DNA of 64,000 nucleotides from Paraphysomonas bandaiensis (taxonomy: Eukaryota; Protista; Chrysophyceae), in contig CBFFRP010000136.1 of the NCBI GenBank assembly GCA_965644295.1, forward strand, positions 124,001-188,000, given 5' to 3'. Made by a program: the position numbers and the translations under genes. Below are positions 36,839 to 49,700 of this stretch, one piece after another. The notes under the pieces were generated by a model. It searched no databases. It was not told the origin of the DNA and saw only the letters and a program-made list of their open reading frames with translations. The stretch's first letter is position 1; every line of letters starts with the position of its first letter.

Positions 36839-39800
36839 TCAAGTATCCGTTAATTCGGAAATCATTGATGAATCATTCTTCGAGCGTATGCCATGTTTTA
36901 TTCGGAGGCTCTGTTTCGAGTACGACGGATATCTTGCAGACACACCTGCGTAGACGTTTCCTAAGTAAAAGTACATAGAGACTGGGTCAGTGTCGTCCAC
37001 ATACTCTGACTCGACTTCCAGTTCCATCGTGCTGCGCGTTTTATCAACGATTCGAGAAGAAGAACCAACACCCGTTTGAGTTTCGTCTAGTGCTAGAAAA
37101 CTGTTGTTAGTCGAAAGAGACCAATCTAACGAATTGTTAGCGCTTCTATCTATGGTCGATGTGAGACTTTCGGTGTTGGCAAGCAGCCCACCCAGCTTAA
37201 AGTACTTTTCTAACTCGGGATCACTTTCCGTAAGCGCAGTATCGTTCTCCTCTATATCGAGTTTTATTTCATCATCTATCCTAGAGTACTGCAAAACGGA
37301 CTTAGGTTCAGGGAGAGGAGTATCCACAGCTGTAGATGTAGCAATTTCTGAAGATGAGACTGCACGGACAGCCACTTTGACTGGGGTTCGGCGGCGGCGG
37401 CTAGGAGGTGTGATTGGATTGTCATTTCTTGAAGAAGCAGATTCCGTCGAAACAGTGGAATTCACAATTGTTTCGTGGTGTTCGGATGCCTTTATTGGAG
37501 AGGGACTTGGCACAACGTCTCTTATCTCAGGTGATTTTTTATCAGGTTTGATGCGAACAGGAATACGGGATCTCTTACCCAAACTTACCGGTTCATGTTG
37601 CATTCTAACCTCACACACCGGAGTTATTGGGTCGCGCGTCGGAGAACTTATCGCATCAGTTTTCTCGTCATACACACAATTCACTGAAACACTGCTTTCA
37701 ACGAAGGAATTTTCAGCACAATTTTTATCAGCATCGTTATCCGATTCATCCGATGGTACATCACCGACATCCAATAGTTGCATTAGTCCAGCATGCGATA
37801 CGACCTCTTCTTCGCCATTCCCAGGTGTAGAAGTCGTGGATCTTTGGTCCGGTCGTATCTTCCGATTCTCATCGTCCAGTCGTTTCATTGCTGCTGCAAC
37901 ATCTCCCGACAAACTAGATACAAAACATTGCGCTTCATCGGATGCCCTGCGAGATGACTCGGGCTTCTTTTTCGCACTAGCAGCTGTTCTCTCTCGCCGT
38001 AGCCTTTCCATTTCCACTCGAGATGCAGCACGGGCGGCCTCTTCTCGCTCCTTCAAACACTCCATCATGTTGTTGACAGAAGATACAAGTTCCTCGACGA
38101 ATAAGTGTGCATCACCTGGAGGACCCAGGGGTCGGCCGTTATTGTATATAATTACTGGAGCTTTTTTCTGATTCGAGGAACGATCCAACCCAGAAGGCAT
38201 ATCTCCCTGTGACGCTTGTGGCACACTTTTCCGGGGAGTTACTGGACTCACCGATCGTTTGGGTGCAATAGTAGAAGTGACTACAGGTTCCGGAAGAGTA
38301 TCTACTTCAGCCTCACATTCCACATCCCGATTTGGGGAACTAGTTGCGTCATATTGACTTGGCGAATCCTCGAAAGGTGGGGACACAGGTGGAGAGGCTG
38401 AACTGGTTGTTGGAGACAGTATTTTCACTAAATCGGATGACCTCACTCGCCGCTCCGGAACACGCCTCTCCCCTATAGGAATATACGGTGGTACCACGTT
38501 GCTGGTGTTACCTCCGGTACTCCTAGCACGTACGGTAGCAACCGAAATATTTGAAGATTTCTCGACGGCTGGTGTCCGAAGTTGCATTTGAATTTTACAC
38601 TCTGATAAAGTTGACGCTGAGGATGATACTGATTGAGTTGTTGAGACACTCTCCTCACTATCGGACACACTGTCGATCACAACAGGTGCCTCTGACTCTC
38701 CCGGAAGAGACGCAGATGAAAGTACGACTGCATCAGATTCTTCATCTATCGATTGAGGTACAGAATTTCCTGGCACATCAGGAGAGACACAGGCGTGGGA
38801 AAAGGAAATTGTGGGGTTGGGCTCAGGGCTCTCTTTCCGGTTCAAGTCCATTTCAATATTCTGAGAAATATTATCCCCCTCATCAATATTTGGCACACTC
38901 TCCTTAGCACAGTCAATGTTCGTTACAGTCTCCTTATCACTATCCATATTCGATGCATCACCCTTGCCATAATCCACATTTTGGACTGGCTCCTCTCTAC
39001 CATCAACACTCTTCGCAATGTCGTTGCCCCCATCACTGTTCTCCACAGTGCTTTTCCCCCCTGAAAAGCCTGAAGGAGACGGTGTAGATGTGTCCACATA
39101 CAGCGGAGTGATTCCTTGGGGACTGAGGGTGATGCGGGAAGGCTTTACTCGCGGAGTGGGTGATGGAAGTGGAGATGTAATTTGTCTGGCAAGTTTGCTA
39201 GCCCTTCTGCTCGGTGATATCGCCCCCTCGCTATCATGAGCACTAAAATCGTCTCGTGATGATTGGGGAGCATCCATGCTGTAACTAGAGCCCTTCAATT
39301 CTCTATGGGTCTCGCTGTTGGTCGAGTTTATAGTCCCCATAAGTCGATGAATTCTTTCTCGCAGTGCTTCCCCTTCAGGGTCAGAAGCTGGTGCGATGTC
39401 ATTGACTGCTGCAGATGTAGTCGGTGGAGGGGTGTATCTGAAGACTTCTGTTTGTTGGGAGTCCTCCTCAACATGTGCATGTCCACCGCTCTCGATATGT
39501 TCTAGAGTATCTAACAAGCTAGCTGATGCAACCGAGCTCTTTTTCGCGACAGTTGTGGGCAGCGCCAATGTGGCCTGAGGAGCAGCCTCCTCGTTAGTTG
39601 AAGATGCTGCGCTGAACAAACTCCTAAAACTATGCCCAGAACTTTTCCCTTTGGACATTGATTTGTTGGCCAGTTCAGACTTTATAGGCTCTGGCATGGC
39701 AGCTGTTGGGGACTCATTTGCATCGTCCCATTCTGAAGATCGCCAGTCTTTAAAGCTCCCTTGAGATCTTAATTTTTTCGGAGCTTTCTCTGTACTAGTG

Positions 39801-39991
39801 TCGTCACTGAAATACGATTCTGATGAAGGGATATTACTCGGCTGAGCTGATAGGCGTGACGGTCGTTCGCTCTGAGCTCTCTGAAATAATGACTCCGAAG
39901 GAGGATCACTTTTCTTCGACTTACCGAACAGTTTTGATCGGACTATACTTGTCCATGATTTATTTTTGGTAAGTTTTCCCCTCTTGCTCAT
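36839..39991 (-). CDS. 1050-aa Ser/Pro/Glu-rich, largely disordered protein with a short coiled coil, intronless
   Basis: Uninterrupted 3153-bp ORF, many SP/TP sites, no recognisable globular domain. Confidence 0.85.
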   Translation of the reverse strand: MSKRGKLTKNKSWTSIVRSKLFGKSKKSDPPSESLFQRAQSERPSRLSAQPSNIPSSESYFSDDTSTEKAPKKLRSQGSFKDWRSSEWDDANESPTAAMPEPIKSELANKSMSKGKSSGHSFRSLFSAASSTNEEAAPQATLALPTTVAKKSSVASASLLDTLEHIESGGHAHVEEDSQQTEVFRYTPPPTTSAAVNDIAPASDPEGEALRERIHRLMGTINSTNSETHRELKGSSYSMDAPQSSRDDFSAHDSEGAISPSRRASKLARQITSPLPSPTPRVKPSRITLSPQGITPLYVDTSTPSPSGFSGGKSTVENSDGGNDIAKSVDGREEPVQNVDYGKGDASNMDSDKETVTNIDCAKESVPNIDEGDNISQNIEMDLNRKESPEPNPTISFSHACVSPDVPGNSVPQSIDEESDAVVLSSASLPGESEAPVVIDSVSDSEESVSTTQSVSSSASTLSECKIQMQLRTPAVEKSSNISVATVRARSTGGNTSNVVPPYIPIGERRVPERRVRSSDLVKILSPTTSSASPPVSPPFEDSPSQYDATSSPNRDVECEAEVDTLPEPVVTSTIAPKRSVSPVTPRKSVPQASQGDMPSGLDRSSNQKKAPVIIYNNGRPLGPPGDAHLFVEELVSSVNNMMECLKEREEAARAASRVEMERLRRERTAASAKKKPESSRRASDEAQCFVSSLSGDVAAAMKRLDDENRKIRPDQRSTTSTPGNGEEEVVSHAGLMQLLDVGDVPSDESDNDADKNCAENSFVESSVSVNCVYDEKTDAISSPTRDPITPVCEVRMQHEPVSLGKRSRIPVRIKPDKKSPEIRDVVPSPSPIKASEHHETIVNSTVSTESASSRNDNPITPPSRRRRTPVKVAVRAVSSSEIATSTAVDTPLPEPKSVLQYSRIDDEIKLDIEENDTALTESDPELEKYFKLGGLLANTESLTSTIDRSANNSLDWSLSTNNSFLALDETQTGVGSSSRIVDKTRSTMELEVESEYVDDTDPVSMYFYLGNVYAGVSARYPSYSKQSLRIKHGIRSKNDSSMISELTDT

Positions 39992-40710
39992 GATGACAAG
40001 ACTCCTCTGTGTGTATATGAGGTGTATACAGGGCTACATCTACTGCTACATCATATGCAACATAACTACACTCACACTGCACTGACAAATGATCTATGCA
40101 CTACACTCGATCACCATGAATGTCTGCTTGCATACATTACGGCATGAACATGTAATGATGACTGTGTTGTGTTGACCATCTATATATACATACATGTGTG
40201 TGGAGTTAAGAGAGCGACTGTATTTGCTCGTTAAAATAACGTATACATACATGCGTATACCTCATATACAGCAGCAGTATATAGTACACAACTTGTTTGT
40301 ATCTGCTGATGATGGCGCCTAAATCTGTGGAGTGTTCTACTTTGTAGCACCATTAAAACCGAAAATAGGGGGTTTTCATGTTCGATTACTTTATTTTTAT
40401 TCCCCGTGAGAGAAAATACATACATATATATTAGCATATTCGTACTACGAAGTACGAAGTAGTAAACCGCTGCAGTGTGATATACGGCCATATGTATCGA
40501 TATATACATATAGATGTGGAGAGAGACACACTGATATATATGTGTAGAGCCGGACACACGTCTTACCCTCTTCTCTGATTCCCTTTAACAAGTGACGGGG
40601 TATGTTCATGACGTATTGAAGCACTCTTATATTCCTCCGCACTCTACAGGGATCTGTAGATATATATACACACATATATAGCCATACATATACTTATATA
40701 GGACAATAGT

Positions 40711-43308
40711 ATGCTAGCGGTGGGTGCTGCATCCGCTGCAGGCTCAGCTGTTTCCTCAGTTGCAAGTCATGCTATATCAGGCCTTCTTTTTGGGAGTACG
40801 CACAGACATGTCTGCTGCTAATTGTGTTCATGTTCTGTTCGCAGATTTCAATCCGAACTACAAAAAAGAGGATCGAAAGAGAATGAGGTATATTCAAGGG
40901 AAGTACGCTCAGGCTTATGGTGATAGCTCTGATGACCCCAATTCAGTCATAGCCGCAATTGGTACACTTTTCCTCTCTAACTGATATCGCTTACTCTAAT
41001 TCTTCCACTTGCCGTACGTTATTTTTTCAGATAGTGACAGCAAATTAAGAATGACAGCAGACGGAATGAAACCCGCAAATTGTTTTGTGGATGAGAGGGC
41101 ATTTGACGATGCGTTAATGATGAACTTTCACCCAGGTAACGATTGTTTTTGTGTCGTTACTACTACTAATTTGTCAATAGTTCCTGGCCATCAAGGAAAG
41201 TTTTGTGCAAGTCATGCCAAAGCGGCATTAGGCATGATTATCGAGTATCAAAATCAACGGAGGTGGTGGAAGTAACAATGTAAAATCGTAAATATTGCTA
41301 ACATCACACGTAGGAGGCGCATATACGTGCCAGGTGTTTCTTCAGCCGGTCGACCTAATGATTATATAAATATGTTCTTGGAGGAAATGAAGTCCTGGCT
41401 ACGTAATCAGCTTACACTGGATAACGTATGCGCGGAGGAGCTCGAGAGGCGACATGTATATATCACGAAGCTGAAGCACGACAATTATTACTGGTATGGT
41501 GCAGTGCTATTGTTCTCTTCATCTGATAGATGTACGTTGCATGCAGGTGTTTTCCACAAGAAATAGGCGAGCATAAAATTCACACAGTAATTGACTTCGT
41601 TCATGAGCGGGTGTGCGATGCCCTTGAGGTGGTGCAACGAGAAGAAAAGAATAAGTCACTCCAAACTCTCTTTATGGAGCTCAACGACAATACTGTAAAT
41701 GCCTTCGAGTTCGGCAAGTCGTTTTTGGCTTACATTCTTTACACTTCTAAGAAAGCGGGGGCGAATTTACCTAACTCTTCTGTGTTTGACGGTAGCACAT
41801 ACGAGAAGGGTAAGTTACATCGCTTGTTGTTCAAAGCAACCCATTCTGTGATGAAATTGTACGTCGCGGATATGCGGGAGACCGATCGCCGTATAGAAAA
41901 TGGGGAAGCGGGTGCGATTGAAAATGGGAATGGCGGTGTAGATGATGAAGACGACGACCTATGCGGAGAATACGATATAAGTGTTCCGGAGTTTGTACGG
42001 GAATCCGCCCTTACTGCGACAGTGTTTCACATATATATTACGGACCGACGTAAAAACAAATGGCTTCTAAAAAAGAAGTACGATGATTTTGTAGCGTTAC
42101 ATAAGCTTATATCCAATGATTTCGAGGCCACCGACAAACCGCTCTATCTTCCTCCTAAATACTCAAGAATGTTTCCCTCCGCATCGGAAATTATGGAGAC
42201 TGGGAGTAGATTACGTATTTATTTACTCCAGGCCGTGAGTGATCCGGATGGTTTAATGCCTGCCACCAAGTCTGCCTTGGCCAAATTCATCGGTGTCAAA
42301 ACTTTAGATGTGCCGGAGAAAGCGAAGCTGCGTAAACCAGAGAATATCCCGAACTATTTCGTGGACATGAAGTCAGAGTATGCTGACCAGCTAGTTACCG
42401 CAGAGTCCAAGGAGGACCCTGCGCAAAAGCAGCTCATGGCCTTCCGAAGTACGTGGGGAGTGGAATACACGATGAAGATTCTTGATGCATACGCCTTGCT
42501 GCAGCGAATGGCCACTATTTTGGGTTGGACCCTTGAGATTAACCACTTTTTTGTTTCTATGTTCGGCAATACGTTGGCATTTTCTAAGCTCCCACTGAAG
42601 GATCTGCTGTCGACACAGAAGGATATCATGAACAAGCTATTAGCTATTGCGAACGAAATCTTTCAATATGCTTGTGACCTGAACGCGCAGCAGCAGTATA
42701 AGTGGCATAAAAACCTTCAGGTTGGGTTGTATATGTGTTTCTATGATCTTTATTTGACCAGATGTTAATAGTCGAGCGAAAATGAGCTGAAAAGACTTCG
42801 GCATCATTTAGAGAAAGGCATATCTGTGATAACACGCATTGAGACGGAGCACTTAGACTACCAGGTTCAGATGCGCCGGTTGCAGGATGTGGCTGCCCGG
42901 TTTGCTCCTCTAATGCATCGGTTAGATTGTAGTCTTCCCAACATACAGTCCGAACTAGGCCTCCCCCGTACTTCTACAGCTCAAGTCATGCCATCTGAAC
43001 CTCATTCTTATTCGTTCATGGGTATCACCAATGGTGATGGTGATCTTGTTGCTGACGATGCCTTATTGATTACAGATGGGGGAGGTCGTGATGATAGTGC
43101 AACTAGAGTGGAGGAGCTACCTGCAGATGAAAAGAAATCGTATAAAGATTCAAAAAATATAGAGCCTTCGAGTGATATTCCTGAAGCTGGATATGAGTTT
43201 GCGGAGCCTAAATATGATTCTAATCAAAATTCTTCGATGGCATCTTCGAAAGGACAGCATGTACCCTGTGAATCGAAAGATCACAGTGCAGTGTGCACTG
43301 TATCATAA
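40711..43308 (+). CDS. PX-domain protein with C-terminal CaaX box (CTVS), multi-exon
   Basis: PX-like TVFHIYITD..KWLLKKKYDDFVALHKLI..LPPK..RLRIYL; ends AVCTVS-stop; ATG at 40711 and several GT-AG introns. Confidence 0.75.
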
Positions 43309-43800
43309 GATTACCAATATCATTCGACCTTGTTTTCGTTTATTTAATGCAAGCGTGTTAAGTTTTGTACATTTTTACTGTGGTGCTTATGACGTTATTC
43401 TAAGCCGCATATCGTATTATGGAAGTGAACTCTGTAGCGTGTGATACAGAAAATCGAAAATGCTTTGACCTAATGCGTGCCAGCTCTACTTAGATTATTC
43501 TCTCTTAACGAGGCATAATGTATACGAATATTTTTAAAGCCATGATGCTCGCAGTGTATCGAGTAATTACATAGGGCAGGCAATTAAAGACAACAGTCGT
43601 ATAGAAAGTAGCAAAGTAGATTTAAGTCCTATATTTTGTAAAGGAGACTGCAGTACATATGCATACGACTACTACTCTGCTGAATGTAGATTTATGAACA
43701 ATGAACACCATCTTTGCCCCCGAGTTTCTATTTGTGATAACTGTGCTTCATGCTTCGGTAAATTGGTCGTTGATACTCTTTCTATGTTAATGTGTTTTTT

Positions 43801-43979
43801 ACTTAGTAGTGAATGTCTTATTAATAGCAATAGGTGTGTAAGAGTCAGAACCAATGTTAACTAACTTGCACTTAACTCTGATATCCTACTGCTAGAGCTG
43901 CGATAGCTTCTTGTGCGTCACCATAACCACTTTCAGAGCAAGCAGAATGTTGATATACCTGACATCTGCTGACATCAGG
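43801..43979 (-). repeat. Dispersed repeat copy D
   Basis: Reverse complement matches about 6890-7101 with internal deletions; 37 bp (43936-43972) identical to 51345-51381. Confidence 0.8.
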
Positions 43980-44706
43980 TGTGTTTCTACTTACTGAGGC
44001 AATATTTTATCTAAAGATGCCGATAATATTTTAGTTACGTGTATTATAATCGACATACGACTTTCAGTTGTATGAGAGTAAACTATTAAATTACCTCACA
44101 ATGAAAAGTGTAAGAGTACACGTTCATGGTACTAAGAGTTACATAACTACTGCAATACTGAATACAGCTATCCGATTAAGCAGAAAATGATTTCTTAACC
44201 GTACTATCAGTAACTCGTTCCCTTATTGTGAAATTTACAATTGCAATTCGCAGTCACTCTACAGCGAGATAAATGATCCCATCATACGCGAGTCAAGTCG
44301 TTGAAATCAACCACACAAGTGAACTATCATCTCCTTCATGATGTTGGAATCTCCGTCCCATTTAATCAATCACATCATAGTGTGTACATGTCCATCCTCT
44401 TCAATATCATCATACCTCCGCTGCACTCTCTTTCAACCAGATATTATTATATCTAGATCCATTGTAAGCTCATCCTGACCGCTTATCGTTCTTAATCCGC
44501 CCTCTGCTTGATAGATGCTGATATCCATATGCAAACAACTGACTACTTCTACGTCGTAGCAAGTGCTCCTGCTGTATTTTAGTGCACCAATATAGGGGTT
44601 TTGAATACAAAGTAACTAAAAACTATGGATTTTATAACAAAAAGTCTGTACAAGACTATCCTAACATAAAAAATTCATGTACTGCTGTATGTGCTGCTGT
44701 ACGTTA

Positions 44707-46491
44707 CACGCGTTCTTAACAAAAAAAAACCTACCCACAAATCCTACCTTTTTCAAAACCTCGGTGGTGAGGTTTTGGGTTTTCGTTTTGCACCGTACTA
44801 ACAAAAAAATCCTCCCCATAAACCAGAGGATTTCGAAAACCTCTGCATTCGTCCACCAGGTTTGAATATTTAAACAGTGTACTATAGAATTACTCGATAA
44901 ATCATTATTATTCGATAATATAAGGTTAAAAATGGACACTTCTTCAGTTTCCAATGACATGGGCGGGTTTGTTGACCCTCAATAGGAAGCAGATATTGAT
45001 GATATCGAGTCACCAACTCTTGGAACAATTGAAGGTCGAGGCTTCATCATTGACATATCAGACTTGAGTGAAGTTGTGACATAAGAAGCGTTTCGAAGAG
45101 AGACTGTTCATTGCTGTTGGTAATTCGGCTCAGTTTTCCATGGTGAGATGAATCTCAGGAGTGAGTATCTACATAGAAACGTAGACGAGCGTCGAAGGAA
45201 TACAGGCAACAATTTCTGCGCGAGAAAACGAGCAAGGAATTACGGAATACGAGATAGATCTTGCGGAGTGGGAGTTCGGAAAGCAGTTCCATCTAGCTGC
45301 GTCAATGAGAGCATCAAAGTATAGCCATGAGATAAAAGATAAACTGTTAGCCATGAAAACTATTCGTAGTTCGTAGTATATAGTATATAGTATTCACTAG
45401 CTTCAGCTCCACCCCCATCAGTAAATTTTAATGACAGTAGTGTAAAATATGATAGCTAGGATGTTGCGAACACTCACAGTTGGAAATGTTAACGACTGAT
45501 GTGATGACTTTGCCATTATTAAAATACTTAACGATATATAACGGTAGTGAATTCAATTGTTGATAGCGTGGCGAATACATGGTAATGAAAGTGACACTAT
45601 TGATAAACAAATGCAATACGTGAAGGAGGGATATGTATACAGTCACACCTATTGCAACGTGCCCCAGGGGACATATCTGTGTTGGTCAACATTCAACATA
45701 AGGCAGCCAAAGAACTCTTGACTGGTGTCTAATATTTTGGAAGTCAATAATAATTGTTATTATCATCATTTTCAGTGTTCTACACTGTTGATTACACACA
45801 GTCTCCCTACTCAACATAGTAACACAAATCACAGTCTTTACTCTTTCAAAGGAAGGATATAGAAGGACTAAATTATAAGTGTTACTTTTTCGGTCCTCTC
45901 CAACAAATCTCAGAAGATAATGTGCCATATATATATATCATGCTGCTGGGAGTAGATTTCCTCTTTCATCATAGTTAACTCATGATGAATCTTCGGTATA
46001 ATCTGGGATAAGTTGTTAAAGATAAGTTTGTATCGTCGACAGAGGATCGCCAACAGAGCGATCCTGAGTTCATTGCGATTCAGTATATACTATTCCCCAT
46101 AGTACAGGTGGCATATAGTAATAGAAAAGGTTTGCTCAAATTTACCGCACTCCTTCGTCAGTGTCCAGCCCATAATATGGATCTTCCATACCAGATACTT
46201 CTTCACCACTATCACTGTCAACGTCCTCCATTAGCACATCCATGGTCAAGGGCTAAACCAGTTATAATATGTGTTTAGTGTGCTCTATTTGTTATATAAT
46301 ATCGATTCATATGGTACATCGACCAGACCATAGGTTTTGGACCCGAGGTTTTGAAGGACCACCCGGATGGTCGTTCAAAACCTCACCCCCCCATTTTTGG
46401 GTAGGTTTTGAAAACCTCCTATGGGTAGGTTTTGTAAAAGGTAGGATTTTTCCGAGGTTTTTTGGTAGTTTTTTTTTGTTAAGAACGGCTG
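44707..46491. mobile_element. Degenerate DNA transposon, 1785 bp, with TIRs, a TTA target-site duplication and two convergent ORF relics
   Basis: Left CACGCGTTCTTAACAAAAAAAAAC versus right (reverse complement) CAGCCGTTCTTAACAAAAAAAAACTAC; subterminal AAAACCT/CCTACC repeats on both ends; TTA at 44704-44706 and 46492-46494. Confidence 0.8.
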
Positions 46492-46771
46492 TTACAGTAA
46501 ACAATGAAATATAGAAGGAACTGCTTGTGATACTATGACGTGTGCTTTGTATCTAGAGCCTTGTTACATACCTATAAACTCCAGTGCTATATATATGTAT
46601 TGTACTTCACTTCGTCTTGGAGTAAGTGAATTTATTAGACTTCTCCAATCATCTGCTCTGCTATAGGTGTGGTGGTATATATATACTATATACAGATAGA
46701 CGTATAGGAGGAGGGCATCTATATATATATATTCACATAGCAATCACTATAAGTGTTAAACAGTTCATCTC

Positions 46772-49700
46772 ATGACATCTCATCACGAAAACTTTGTAAA
46801 GAAGATGCAATCCTCTCTTAGACGAACTAATTCATTTGTCCTGAAGCAGCCTGTAAGTATAGAGGAGAGTATTCCAGAGGATTTAGATAAATCTATGAGT
46901 AAGAGACCGTTTAACCCTCATGCTTTCCTTAAACGTGTTACTGTGGCTTATATGAGGAGCAATAACACTCGTATTCTTATCATATTGGGGGCGGTTATCT
47001 CTTGCATCCTGTATGTGGTGGAAACATATGAGAAGTATCGTGGACAGTCTCGTACACTTCCTGCTGTAATTGATATCGCTATATTCATTATATTCCTCAT
47101 GGACTACTTCTTTAACATTATGTATGCGCCATCGAAACCTCTCTACATATTTAGTTTTCAGGGATTCATTGATTTGGCCTCCTTGTTTGCTATTGTGAAC
47201 TTGGTCAGCACAGCGGACTTGAGCTTTCTTCCCCTCTTTCGCCTGCTGCGGCTTATTAAAGTCATGCGCCTATTTCGCACTGCTTCGATTGTAAATGTAG
47301 AAAGGCCAACTCCCCCCAGTGCTTCGGAAGCCATTCTTTTTGAGATTGCATCTTTAATTATTGGGATCTTACTGGCAATTTTCCTTGGAGCTTCTGTGCT
47401 GTACACCATCATTCAGCAGGACGGTGATGCTTTCGTGTATGGACCCGATAGTACGTTCTCAATGCAAGAAGACACCACATTCTTCGACTGTGTGTACATG
47501 GTTCTGGTTTTTGTCTCTACATTAGGGTTCGGTGACTTTGTACCCAATAATACTGTCGGGCGCCTCTATGTCGTTGTCGTTCTGTTACTCGCCTTAACAG
47601 TTATACCTCTGAAGGTAGGGCAGCTCGTAGATGTCATTGGAAAGAAGCCCCGCTATATGAACGAGGTTGGTATAGTTAACTATGTGTGTTTTTGATCCTC
47701 ACGAATGTTGTAAACAGTATGTTCCTGAAGTTGGGCAGCCGCATATTCTTATATGCGCCAATTTAAACCAATGGAACTTCCAGAAGCTGATAACGCTTAT
47801 CCTCTCTCAAGGAACTAATGACCCCGAGATTATCGATGATGCAGTTCCTGTTGCTTTGCTCAGCTCAGTCTTCCCAACACCACAGTTACAACTCCTTCTC
47901 GTGCACCCAATGAATGCCAGAAAGGTCCAATTCTTTGTTGGGTCGGTTAAGTCTCCCAGTGATCTCCAGCGTGTGCGAGCCGCAGAGGCCAAAGCTATAT
48001 TTATTTTCGCTGATACCAACTTCACTGATACTATCGATGTAGTTGACCAAGACGATTATTCCACTAAACTCAAAGTTGTATCGATAATCAATTTTTTGTC
48101 AGGAGAACTTAGCTGCAGGTCTGGTCAGTCGAGCCGTCCGACCATTATCTGTCAAACCGTATCACATGAGGTGTGTTTCTCCCTGCTAAACTTTGGTGTG
48201 GACCGCATTATCAGCATCAACAACATGAAGTACAAAATTCTCGCATATACGGCGCTGTTCCCTGGTTTCCTCAGTATAATTACCAACCTAACTATTCCAT
48301 CTGCAATATATAACAAGCGTGGGACAACCACTGACCCCAAGAAGTGGAAAAACGAGTATGAATGGGGGAACTCTTTTGAGTTGGTGGAAATACCTGTGCA
48401 GTCGAACACCAGCTCCGATTTTAAACGACTTAGTTTTTCACAAGCCTGCCGCTTTCTTTACCAGTGGTCCAAAGGCACTACAATTCTGGCAGGCATTTTC
48501 GACTGGAATGGGCAGGGATCTGTCGTGATCAACCCCGAACGGAAAGTCAGAATAGGAGAGTGTAAGTCCATATTCATGATTTGCAATAATTTGGAACTTG
48601 CACTTGCCATGCTTAATACTGACAACCTGAGAACCATATTACGCCGTCTGAGGAGTATGCGAAACTTTGGGGGCACTGAGGAACTCACGTTCATGGACCG
48701 TGTGCGGTCATCTGGTCATCACACTCATGGGCCGGACTCTCCTAAACCTCCCATGCGCTCCAGATCCGATACAGAGACTGCCAGTGCATTTCAAGTGCCT
48801 TTAAATATGGTCTTTCGGCGAAATACGGGATGTTTCAAGCAATCCCTACACTCAAACCCGAAACCTAGCGAGACAATCAATCCCGAGGACCACTCTGCCA
48901 AAAAGACTTCAGACGATTATGTGAGTATCTATTGCGTGAAATGTCATATCACTCAGAAGTATATAGAATGTGCAGACGAAGAATCAACGTGCTGTATCTG
49001 CCGAAGATAATGTTTCTGAAACACAGAATATAGTAGGTATGTAACTTTGATGTGTGGATTGTGCTTGTACTCACTGTATTCTAATCTCAGCGAGCAAGTC
49101 TGAGCGGGCTAGATCGGAGTCTGCAATTGTGATGGGGTCCAAGAATAATGATCCACTTCCTCATGCTATCGAACTGTCCCGCATTCCGTCCATGTCCATT
49201 CGCTTAGGGATGGGCTTGCGACATGAGCACATAGCACCGCAGCGATTCCAAGAGCACAGTACGTTTGGTTTTATTTGTCCTTAACTTCATAACATTTTCC
49301 CTCAGTTGTTCTCGTGTGTGCATTTTCACCTCAATTTGCTATTCCACGCATTGTAGCCGCGATCGACACATTTGTCGTATCAATTCGGTCCAAGAGCTGG
49401 GATCCAATTGTTGTCCTTGCAACTCGAGCCCCTGCCATTGAAGAATTTGCTAGAAAGAAAACTCAAGATCGCAATGAAACGTTTGACCCCTACTTAACGT
49501 TTGTTCGAGGTGTGCCCAACAGCATTAGAGGTCTGCAGGTGAAGTGGCGAGCATGTATTTAGCACTTCTTGTAATTTTCTCTCTTGTGCAGTCGGTAGAT
49601 GTATGCCACGCACGCTGTGTGGTAATAATAGGGAATGAGTATCAGAGTGCAGATGACAATGCACAAGATTCAGAGGAGGTACAGGGTGACCTGTATATTG

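Noticed and set aside
37104-38171. 355-aa ORF antisense to the 1050-aa gene
   Set aside because: Typical antisense shadow with no ATG start context or recognisable domain.
44250-44580. Purine-rich minus-strand stretch that looks like a pseudogene, a possible lost divergent partner of the BK gene
   Set aside because: All frames have multiple stops and I cannot recognise any protein family, so it is not supportable without a search.
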